Positions 53,283 through 62,980 of a stretch of DNA of 64,000 nucleotides are shown piece after piece. Each line of letters starts with the position of its first letter. The stretch's first letter is position 1. The stretch spans positions 15,066,001 to 15,130,000 of the forward strand of contig NC_043022.1 of assembly GCF_006345805.1 (NCBI RefSeq), given 5' to 3'. Source of the DNA: Octopus sinensis. Lineage: Eukaryota. The notes below the pieces were generated by a model. The model was not told the origin of the DNA. It did no database searches and saw only the letters and a list, made by a program, of their open reading frames with translations. A program made the translations under genes and the position numbers.

Positions 53283-53549
53283 AATATACGAAGCCCAGTA
53301 TACCCATCATGATAAGGGTCCACCAGGCACATGCATCACAACCACATGTGCGTGACATGGTGATCTCATATCACGATAAACAGCACATGACCTTGCAGGT
53401 GGGGCCCAGTTAGAATTTTCTTCTGGTTGAGTAACCCATCTCGCTCAAAAGATCCCTGAATAAGGGTTGTTTAAGGATGTTGAAAGAACCACCCATTGAC
53501 GGCATGCACTGCTCTCTCACTCAATAATAATAATAATAATAATAATAAT
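53283..53549. mobile_element. 5'-inverted retroposon copy
   Basis: 53283-53495 is the reverse complement of the body at 47629-47835; 53496-53549 is the sense tail. Confidence 0.7.
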
Positions 53550-53744
53550 GGGAGAGGAGTGACATGACTGAAAACATACACTTTCCTCTTCAGGAAAAGG
53601 AAGGCAAGGATTAAGAGGGATATCCTGCCCCCACAAGTAATTTTGTCGAAAATTAGGGGACTGTGGCGAGGATGCTTGGCTGAGTTCAACCCTGGTTCCG
53701 TCATAAAGATTCCATTTTCTAAAGATCTCATTATCATTTATCAT

Positions 53745-54105
53745 TTACTTGTTTCAGTCATTTGACTGCGGCCATGCTGGAGCACCGCCTTTTAGTCGAG
53801 CAAATCGACCCCAGGACTTATCCTTTGTAAGCCCAGTTCTTATTCTATCGGTCTCATTTTGCCGAACCGCTAAGTGACGGGGACATGAACACACCAGCAT
53901 CTGTTGTCAAGCAATGCTAGGGGACAACACAGACACACAAACACACACATATACTATATATATATATACATATATACGACAGGCTTTTTCAGTTTCCGTC
54001 TACCAAATCCACTCACAAGGCATTGGTCGGCCCAGGGCCATAGCAGAAGACACTTGCTCAAGATGCCACGCAGTGGGACTGAACCCGGAACCATGTGGTT
54101 GGTCA
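53745..54105 (-). mobile_element. SINE family A
   Basis: Reverse complement of the family A sequence. Confidence 0.8.
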
Positions 54106-54844
54106 GTTAAAAATTTCCATTAATGTTTCATGTTCATTTGGGTTCCTGAGAACAGCTGTTTTACTTAATTCTTGACTATTTTCAGAGTTAATTTAAACAA
54201 AATCAGTTTATTTCAACACAAATATGGTAACAAAAGGGTTAAAGTGATCTAAATTCACATCTTCCAGTGAAAGGACACTGACGTCAGACCGTGCCCTTAA
54301 AATATTGGTTGCAGTTGAATTGAGATCAGTCTTTTCCAGGGGACATTCAGGACATGCAATGCTTACCTGGAGGGGAATCTGGAAACTCCTTTCATAAACT
54401 GACAGAGAAACAGGAATGTCACCATTCTGGGAATTGCAACCATCTTGCTTAAGTGTATTTCCTTCGAGACTAAAGGAATGTTTTGTTTGCAAGAATATTG
54501 GATATGCCTGTGTGTGGGTGTGCAAGAATATTGGATATACTCATTGAAAATGTTGGTAATTTGACAAGAAAGGAAAGTATGAGAGACAAATTGCATTGAA
54601 TAAGATAGAAAATAAGGTGAATAGTTGTTGGGTGAAGAGAAGAAGAGATAGAGCAATGGTGATGCTGGAACTGTATGCAAAGGGTGGGTCACATTTACTG
54701 GCAGGGGAGGTGGAAATATTGGGGAAGGATTGGGATGGGATGATGGAGGGGCTTCAGACTCAGTGAAGAATTTTAAGAACCTGGAAGAATGGGGGGGGAT
54801 TTACAAGAGATATTGGTAAGACTGAATACATATAATCTCTCTGC

Positions 54845-55064
54845 TACCCACAAGGGGCTAAACACAGAGGGGACAAACAAGGACAGACAAAGGGATTAAG
54901 TCGATCACATCGACCCCAGTGCGTAACTGGTACTTAATTTATCGACCCCGAAAGGATGAAAGGCAAAGTCGACCTCGGCGGAATTTGAACTCAGAACGTA
55001 AAGCCAAACGAAATACGGCTAAGCATTTCGCCCAGTGCGCTAACGGTTCTGCCAGCTCGCCGCC
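54845..55064 (-). mobile_element. SINE family B, full length
   Basis: Reverse complement of the family B sequence. Confidence 0.85.
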
Positions 55065-55565
55065 TGAATACATATAGCAGAGAATTGGTGAAGCCATGAG
55101 TCCAACGACAAAGGAAGCGAGATCCAGTTGCCATTATTGGTGGTGAAAGCAATGTTCAGGTGTATTGTCGGAGAGAAAACGGATGAAGAAAATCAATTTA
55201 AATTGGAGAACCATATTTCCTTGATTGGGGAAAGGAATTCTGTTGTAATTGAAGGAGCTTCTCGCTGAGTTTCGGTCTCAGCGTTTAGTGATAAGTTGAG
55301 TTGTTTAAAGGATTTTAAGACAAAGTTATCTGTTGACATGACATCACCACAAGATCATCCTGTGCCGTATTCAGTTATGGACCAAATTCAGAAGGAACAG
55401 GATTAAATAGGGAGTCAAACTTAATCTTGTTGGACTTCCCTCATCGTGTTTGCACCCCAAAGATGATTTTGGTTCTGTCAGACAATGTGGAGTCTATAAG
55501 AGATCCATAAAGAGTCTGTGGCGGAAGTCTTTCCGTCTCGTTTTCATAAAATGTGCTCAGCAGTC

Positions 55566-55845
55566 TATGTTAGTTAGTTAGTTAGTTAATTTTTTGGCTC
55601 AAAAGCAAAAAGCAAGGCCATGTAGGGGGACATGGAGTTAAGTACAGGGTGGTGTTCATGTAAAGATTTCAGGCCATTTGAGGTCAAGGGAGACTTTGAA
55701 CAAAGCGGTTGTCGGCATTTTCACCATCTTGTCTGGCAGCTTGTTCCACGGATCAGCAACCCGGACGGAGAAAGCTCCTCTCCTTCGATTGAGATGAAAT
55801 CGTCGCAGATAGAGCTTTTCGGAGTGACCCCGCAGCCGACGCTCG
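55566..55845 (-). mobile_element. CR1-clade LINE 3' end
   Basis: ERRLRGHSEKLYLRRFHLNRRRGAFSVRVADPWNKLP; (TAAC)n tail. Confidence 0.85.
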
Positions 55846-56184
55846 ATGTTATGGACATGCAAATTCCAGCGCTTTATGGGTTAAAAACAGGTGGAAAATT
55901 GAGTGAACTTGGTTCGAGTCATGCATATCAGCTCAATAAAATAAAATAAAGTTCTGCAGAGAACAGGGTCTAACAAGCACCTCTCTTAAAATTGCTGGCT
56001 TTGTGTCGAAGTGAGAAATACTTTGTTTGAAGACGCAGGGTAAGAATTTAGTTTGTGAAATCCCAAATCAGCATAGAATATAGTGGACGGGGGCAGGTTT
56101 GGAAACATATAACGTACATACCATTGTTGTTTAAGTTCTTCGTGTTTGTAGGGAGCAAGAAGAGAAAATAAGGATAGGATTTGG

Positions 56185-57135
56185 TTAAATTGTGGCTCGA
56201 AGTATCACCTTTTTCTTCAAAGTGTTATAACTACTTGAAATCTGACCAGATTCCTTGGGAATTTGAGCATGTATTTTAGGGGATAGTGAGTTGACGTCAC
56301 ACTTTTCTTTGTTCTTTTCATAAACACTGATTAAACTTTCGATGAAAACAGAACCATTTTCCTCAGTTCGGAAAGCCAAGTGTTCGGGAACAGTGGCAAA
56401 AGCAACATACAGATCTGCAACGTTGAAATATTCATTTTTCTTATCAGAACTAACTTGACAAGTGTTTATATAAATGAGTTTTGGTTTGTCTTTCAGCTGA
56501 GAACTCTTCTTTAGAGCGTCGTTAATAGTGGAATAAGATAATTCCTTACCATCAGTTCCAATGATACTCCCTCTAACACCATGTGACATCAAGAACATAA
56601 CGAAACAATCTTCACGGTCTGTACTTTCCTTCGATGCTTTCTCAATTATTCTTTTCATTTCCTCGGCCGTTTTATCAGAATAAAGTTGAACTTCGAAATT
56701 GAAAGCCTTGAAAAGTTCCGTGATACCTTCCACATCCTTTTCGCTTCCGAGCCTTTCATTGTATTTACTCCCAACGGGAAATTTCACATTATTTATTAAT
56801 ATAACACGACCATGAAGTTTGAATTTCATCGGGTAGACTGACGGATCGTCTAATAGCTCGAGAATTTCCTTATGGTTTGACTTTTTCAAAGCCGACACAA
56901 ATTTACGGGACCCATCCGGTAGTTTCTTACCTAAGATTTCGTGTAACCGTCGTTTCTGATTGTTAGAATCTCTTTCAGACATTATGCTCTCTTTATTGCT
57001 ATTAGTCAGCAAACCATTGGATAAAGCTACATCTAAAAATGATTTGATATCGTCCATGAGTTTTATAAAATCAACAAGGAGTTTTTGAAATTGATCCTTA
57101 GAAATATAAAATACTAGGTCGTCATCCATGCTCAT
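56185..57135 (-). CDS. CARD-prodomain caspase, copy 1 (316 aa, single-exon ORF)
   Basis: N-terminal ~95-aa CARD-like domain; GRVILINN, R-x-GS-x-x-D, FLMSHG (His), KPKLIYINTCQ (Cys), ADLYVAFAT, AFR...GSVFI. Confidence 0.93.
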   Translation of the reverse strand: MSMDDDLVFYISKDQFQKLLVDFIKLMDDIKSFLDVALSNGLLTNSNKESIMSERDSNNQKRRLHEILGKKLPDGSRKFVSALKKSNHKEILELLDDPSVYPMKFKLHGRVILINNVKFPVGSKYNERLGSEKDVEGITELFKAFNFEVQLYSDKTAEEMKRIIEKASKESTDREDCFVMFLMSHGVRGSIIGTDGKELSYSTINDALKKSSQLKDKPKLIYINTCQVSSDKKNEYFNVADLYVAFATVPEHLAFRTEENGSVFIESLISVYEKNKEKCDVNSLSPKIHAQIPKESGQISSSYNTLKKKVILRATI

Positions 57136-57219
57136 ATAAAGTTCTTAATATGAAAACAATATAAATCTCTAAAAATATCAATTTTTACCTGGAAAAGAAA
57201 AAAGCAAAACAGTCCACGC

Positions 57220-57229
57220 TTTCACTTCC
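57220..57229 (-). promoter_or_regulatory. GGAAGTGAAA (ETS-IRF composite-like) box, 85 nt upstream of the copy 1 ATG
   Basis: Same 10-mer at the equivalent position in all four promoter-like segments. Confidence 0.5.
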
Positions 57230-57799
57230 TGGTTTACGAAGATAAACGTTTCGGGTAATGTAGTCTGCTCAGTTCGATGACTTCATTAACTGAGCCTAGT
57301 TATTTACAAACACATATATTTCAATGGCTCTTGTTAAATTTCCTTCAACCAATCAAATTTTCTTCAAAGTTCTGGATAGTTTTCCTCTGATGACGTAAAT
57401 CAGAGTTATTTTTTTCTTTTAGAAACCAATAACAAAGAAACTACAAATATTTAAAGTCATGTCGTTCAAGCGATTAAATAGTTTCACCTGAATACTTTTA
57501 GAAAATGCGCATTTCACATAGTTCTAACCGATTGTGTTACACTGAGAAGATTTGATGTTCGTGGGTCAGCGAAACATGCAACATAAAAATGAAGAGAAAG
57601 AAGGAAGCTGTTTCTTACAGATTTTATTTTCCTGTTAATTCGATGTTACTGTCAGAACACAAAATGCTGTGGCAGTCGGCCGTTTTACAATGCTAAGGGC
57701 GAAAATAACAAAGACAAAACGAGAGCACGTTTGGTAATAACTGCGTCTGTTGCGGATGTTAGGAAGAAGTGATTTGCTAAAAATACTATAACGTGCGGC

Positions 57800-57910
57800 G
57801 TATTAAAACAAGGGAAATCTGTAAAAATTATCAATTTTCACTGGGAAAATAAAGTTCAACAGTTTCACTTCCTGGTTTGCGAAGGCAAAAATGTTACGTG
57901 TGACGTCAGC
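57800..57910 (-). promoter_or_regulatory. Orphan promoter-like segment (homolog of the CARD-only 5' flank) with GGAAGTGAAAC (57863-57872) and TGACGTCA (57901-57908)
   Basis: Matches 61995-62090, but no ORF follows. Confidence 0.5.
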
Positions 57911-58138
57911 CGATAAAATCTGACAATGATCACAGGTATAGTGACACAGGTATATAAGTATGTGTGTGTGTGTGCGCGCACGTTTGTTTGCGTTATGAAT
58001 TATAATATGCCATCATTAATTCCTTTCTACAATAGTAAATAATAAGTAAAAATATAAATATCTCATTTTGCGTTAAGTACGAAAGTGCGGCGTAATGTTT
58101 ATAGATGGTTATTGTCCTTATCTAATAACAAACAACTC

Positions 58139-58755
58139 GTCTGTCTCGTTGGCCAGACGTGATTAATGGGACAGTCGGACAGACGTTGGACAGACGTTGG
58201 CCAGACGTGATTAAAGGGACAGTCGGACAGACGTTGGCCAGACGTGATTAAAGGGACAGTCGGACAGACGTTGGACAGACGTGATTAAAGGGACAGTCGG
58301 ACAGACGTTGGCCAGACGTGACTAAAGGGTCTGTCGGACAGACGTTGGCCAGACGTGATTAAAGGGACAGTCGGACAGACGTTGGCCAGACGTGATTAAA
58401 GGGACAGTCGGACAGACGTTGGCCAGACGTGATTAAAGGGACAGTCGGACAGACGTTGGACAGACGTTGGCCAGACGTGATTAAAGGGTCTGTCGGACAG
58501 ACGTTGGCCAGACGTGATTAATGGGTCAGTCGGACAGACGTTGGCCAGACGTGATTAAAGGGTCAGTCGGACAGACGTTGGCCAGACGTGATTAAAGGGT
58601 CTGTCGGACAGACGTTGGCCAGACGTGATTAAAGGGTCAGTCGGACAGACGTTGGCCAGACGTGATTAAAGGGTCAGTTGGACAGACGTTGGCCAGACGT
58701 GATTAAAGGGACAGTCGGACAGACGTTGGCCAGACGTGATTAAAGGGTCAGTCGG
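58139..58755. repeat. 37-bp CpG-rich minisatellite, ~16 copies
   Basis: Unit ttggccagacgtgattaaagggacagtcggacagacg. Confidence 0.95.
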
Positions 58756-59021
58756 CGAGTAGCATAATATTGGAATAAAATCCTTCTTTGAACGGGTTTA
58801 TGACAAATTTTATTCAGACTTATGGTTAATGTTTAGGAAATGAAAAGCGAAAAAGAAAAGAAAAAATACTGGAATGGGTGTAAAACAATGAAAAGGAAGC
58901 GAATATGAACAAAAAAAATGCGTGCAAAGCAACGGGAGGGTGGGGAGAGGACTTCGGAAAATTCACAAGATCGGAGTTTTCCCCTCATAACTATATATAT
59001 ATGTGTGTGTGTGTGTGTCTG

Positions 59022-59065
<44 letters not shown>

Positions 59066-59301
59066 CATATGTTTGTGTATATATATGTATATAATATATC
59101 TATATATATAATATATATATATCTTAAAGGCGGTGCTCCAGCATAGCCACAGTCAAATGACTGAAACACGTAAAAAAAAGTAATCTCTCTCTCTGTCTCT
59201 CTCTCTCTCTCTGTATATATATATATATATGTGCGTGTGTGTGTGTGTGTATATATATACATATATACGTCTGTATGTATGTATGTATGTATGTATGTAT
59301 G

Positions 59302-59337
<36 letters not shown>

Positions 59338-59807
59338 TATTTAATGATCTGAGATCTTCCTGGTCTCGTTTGCTTCGTTTAAGCCATCACGACCAAGGTC
59401 ATGCTGGAGCAAAAACCGCCTATTTAGCGTATAGCAACTTGGCTTTTCTACAGTAGAGGCGTGAGACTGCTACAGTTACCTCCCTTGCACTCGACCGGAA
59501 TGCAGTGGAATCCAGTTGGTTTCCAATCGCATAAAACAACAGCAACTTCTCAAGGAATTCAAAAGAAATATCGTTTGTAATTTATAAAATAAAATAAAGT
59601 TCTGCAGAGAATGGTGTCTGATAAGTCCTCCTCTTTAAATTGTTGGCTTTGTACCGAAATCAGAAATAATTATTAGTCAGGTGAAGTGGAATCCAAGAAT
59701 AACAGATTAGGTTGTGGATGGAGGCGAATTTGGAAAGGTTTAACGTACATACCATTGTTGTTCAATTTCTTTATATTTTAATGAGAGAAGGAGAAGAGAG
59801 AATTAGG

Positions 59808-60779
59808 TTAATCTGTGGCTCGAAGAATCACCTTTCTCTTCAAGGTGGAATAACAACTTGAAACCTGATCCATGTTAATCTCTTTGCATTCCTTCGAAAC
59901 TTGTGAATTTATTTTAACTGATAATGATGAGATGTCGCACTTGCTTTTATTATTTTCATAGACTTTGAGTAAAGATATAATGAAAAGACTGCCTTTCTTC
60001 CTACTTCGGTAAGCAAAGCTTTCTGGAACCGTGGCAAAAGTAACATGTAGGTCTGCCACGTTGAAATATTGCGCGACATCTTCTTTTTCAAAATAAGCTT
60101 GGCAAGTGTTTACGTAAATGAGTTTTGGTTTGTCTTTCAGCTCATAACTCTCCTTTAGAATGGTATTAATAGTGGAATAAGATAATTCCTTACCATCAGT
60201 TCCAATGATACTCCCTCTAACACCATGTGACATCAAGAACATAACGAAACAATCTTCACGGTCTGTACTTTCCTTCGATGTTTTCTCAATTATTCCTTCC
60301 ATTTCCTCGGCCGTTTTATTAGAATAAAGTTGAACATCGAAATTGAAAGCCTTGAAAAGTTCCCTGATACCTTCCACATCCTTTTCGCTTCCGAGCCTTT
60401 CATTGTATTTACTCCCAACGGGAAATTTCACATTATTTATTAATATAACACGACCATGAGGTTTGAATTTCATCGGGTAGACTGACGGATCGTCTAATAG
60501 CTTGAGAATTTCCTTATGGTTTGACTTTTCCAAATCCGACACAAATTTACGGGACCCATCCGGTAGTTTCTTACCTAGGATTTCGTGTAACCGTCGTTTC
60601 TGATTGTTAGAATCTCTTTCAGACATTATGCTCTCTTTATTGCTATTAGTCAGCAAACCATTGGATAAAGCTTCATCTAAAAATGATTTGATATCGTGCA
60701 TGTGATCTTTAAAATCAACTCGGAGTTTTTGAAATTGATCCTTAGAAATATAAAATACTCGGTCGTCATTCATGCTCAT
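59808..60779 (-). CDS. CARD-prodomain caspase, copy 2 (323 aa, single-exon ORF)
   Basis: Same motifs as copy 1; YVNTCQA active site. Confidence 0.93.
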   Translation of the reverse strand: MSMNDDRVFYISKDQFQKLRVDFKDHMHDIKSFLDEALSNGLLTNSNKESIMSERDSNNQKRRLHEILGKKLPDGSRKFVSDLEKSNHKEILKLLDDPSVYPMKFKPHGRVILINNVKFPVGSKYNERLGSEKDVEGIRELFKAFNFDVQLYSNKTAEEMEGIIEKTSKESTDREDCFVMFLMSHGVRGSIIGTDGKELSYSTINTILKESYELKDKPKLIYVNTCQAYFEKEDVAQYFNVADLHVTFATVPESFAYRSRKKGSLFIISLLKVYENNKSKCDISSLSVKINSQVSKECKEINMDQVSSCYSTLKRKVILRATD

Positions 60780-60863
60780 ATAAAGTTCTTAATATGAAAA
60801 CAATATAAATCTCTAAAAATATCAATTTTTACCTGGAAAAGAAAAAAGCAAAACAGTCCACCC

Positions 60864-60873
60864 TTTCACTTCC
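60864..60873 (-). promoter_or_regulatory. GGAAGTGAAA box, 85 nt upstream of the copy 2 ATG
   Basis: As for copy 1. Confidence 0.5.
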
Positions 60874-61619
60874 TGGTTTACGAAGAGAAACGTTTCGGGT
60901 AATGTAGTCTGCTCAGTTCGATGACTTCATTAACTGAGCCTAGTTATTTACAAACACATATATTTCAATGGCTCTTGTTAAATTTCCTTCAACCAATCAA
61001 ATTTTCTTCAAAGTTCTGGATAGTTTTCCTCTGATGACGTAAATCAGAGTTATTTTTTCTTTTAGAAACCAATAACAAAGAAACTACAAATATTTAAAGT
61101 CATGTCGTTCAAGCGATTAAATAGTTTCACCTGAATACTTTTAGAAAATGCGCATTTCACATAGTTCTAACCGATTGTGTTACACTGAGAAGATTTGATG
61201 TTCGTGGGTCAGCGAAACATGCAACATAAAAATGAAGAGAAAGAAGGAAGCTGTTTCTTACAGATTTTATTTTCCTGTTAATTCGATGTTAGTATCAGAA
61301 CACAAAATGCTGTGGCAGTCGGCCGTTTTACAATGCTAAGGGCGAAAATAACAAAGACAAAACGAGAGCACGTTTCGTAATAACTGCGTCTGTTGCGGAT
61401 GTTAGGAAGAAGTGATTTGCTAAAAATACTGTGAGTGCGTCGTCTGAAAGCGAAAACGATTGTTACCGAATATTCTGAGAGGATTCGTAGTTAGACATGT
61501 TGGATTGTTGAATGTGGATCGGAGTAGAATGGGAAATGAATTCGCTTATCTCCATTTACCTCTATTTTACCCCGAAATGCTGAGTTAAACAATAGAACTT
61601 ATCTAAGTTTGACGGTCGA

Positions 61620-61763
61620 ACTTGGAATGTTCAGACGAGTTGATGTCAGCCTTGAAAAAGTCATGTCATGTTGAGATATTTATTTGATCTAAAAGATCAA
61701 ATATCTTAAAATGTTTCGATTTTTTCAAGGCTGACATCAATTTATCTGAAACATTCGGAAGTT
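61620..61763. repeat. Foldback inverted repeat centred on 61691-61693, spanning the CARD-only stop codon
   Basis: Exact arms tatttgatct/agatcaaata (10 bp) and ttgatgtcagccttgaaaaa/tttttcaaggctgacatcaa (20 bp), with continuous imperfect pairing between and beyond. Confidence 0.85.
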
Positions 61764-61971
61764 TCTTGAATATATAATCATGTAACTTTCGTATTTGGTG
61801 GTCAGGATTTCTTTCGGACATTATTCCATTTTTATGTCCCTCAGTCAATAAACCATTGGATAAAGCATGATCTAAAAATGATCCGAGATCGTCCACGTGT
61901 TTTACAAAATAAACTCGGGTTTGCATAAATCGTTCCTGAGAAATATGATGTACTTCTTGTTCACTGCTCAC
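61666..61971 (-). CDS. CARD-only protein (101 aa from GTG, or 86 aa from the ATG at 61926); could be a pseudogene
   Basis: Ungapped ~52% identity (45/86 by my count) to the copy 2 CARD; stop follows LLDQINIST; own GGAAGTGAAAC box 92 nt upstream. Confidence 0.65.
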   Translation of the reverse strand: MSSEQEVHHISQERFMQTRVYFVKHVDDLGSFLDHALSNGLLTEGHKNGIMSERNPDHQIRKLHDYIFKKLPNVSDKLMSALKKSKHFKIFDLLDQINIST

Positions 61972-62062
61972 GTTTATATAAAATTATAGATATTAAAATA
62001 ATAGAAATCTGTAAAAAAAAATATCAATATTCATCGGGAATAAAAAGCTAAAGAGTCAACCG

Positions 62063-62072
62063 TTTCACTTCC
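62063..62072 (-). promoter_or_regulatory. GGAAGTGAAA(C) box upstream of the CARD-only ORF
   Basis: Conserved while the flanks diverge from the caspase promoters. Confidence 0.5.
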
Positions 62073-62259
62073 TGGTTTGCGAAGGCAAAAACGATCGGTG
62101 TAATGAAATTTGATTAAATGCGACAATTATATTTATACAGAGACACACATATAAAGCGGACTTAAAGAATGCAGACCGATTCCACTTGGCTTTTTTTTTT
62201 TTGGTTTTTTTACAGAATGGGGGATTCTGAAAAAAATAACAGAAGTGGGTGCCGTCCAC

Positions 62260-62292
62260 ATATGAATATATATATATATATATATATATTAT

Positions 62293-62342
<50 letters not shown>

Positions 62343-62475
62343 GTGTGTATGTATGTATGTAAGTATGTTTGAGTGTATGTATGAATGTATATATGTATGT
62401 ACGTATGTATGTATGTATGTATGTATTTATGTATGTATGTATGTATGTATGTATGTATGTATGTATGTATGTATG

Positions 62476-62505
<30 letters not shown>
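62260..62505. repeat. (TA)n/(TG)n/(GTAT)n microsatellite; counterpart at 58990-59330
   Basis: Direct reading. Confidence 0.9.
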
Positions 62506-62511
<6 letters not shown>

Positions 62512-62980
62512 TATTTAATGATCTGAGATCTTCCTGGTCTCGTTTGCTTCGTTTAAGCCATCACGACCAAGGTCATGCTGGAGCAAAAACCGCCTAGTTA
62601 GCGTATAGCAACTTGGCTTTTCTACAGTAGAGGCGTGATACTGCTACAGTTACCTCCCTTGCACTCGACCGGAATGCAGTGGAATCCAGTTGGTTTCCAA
62701 TCGCATAAAACAACAGCAACTTCTCAAGGAATTCAAAAGAAATATCGTATGTAATTTATAAAATAAAATAAAGTTCTGCAGAGAATGGTGTCTGATAAGT
62801 CCTCCTCTTTAAATTGTTGGCTTTGTACCGAAATCAGAAATACTTATTAGTCAGGTGAAGTGGAATCCAAGTATACAGATTAGGTTGTGGATGGAGGCGA
62901 ATTTGGAAAGGTTTAACGTACATACCATTGTTGTTCAATTTCTTTATATTTTAATGAGAGAAGGAGAAGAGAGAATTAGG

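Noticed and set aside
54208-54525. 105-aa minus-strand ORF with CAG/GTAAGC at ~54367
   Set aside because: No domain recognised and the acceptor is ambiguous; a protein search would be needed.
55935-55952. A-rich tract conserved downstream of all three caspases as a retrocopy poly(A) remnant
   Set aside because: Wrong strand: it reads U-rich in the mRNA, so at most a 3'UTR element.
58139-58755. 37-bp repeat as a CRISPR array
   Set aside because: Units are contiguous with no unique spacers, there are no cas genes, and the context is eukaryotic.
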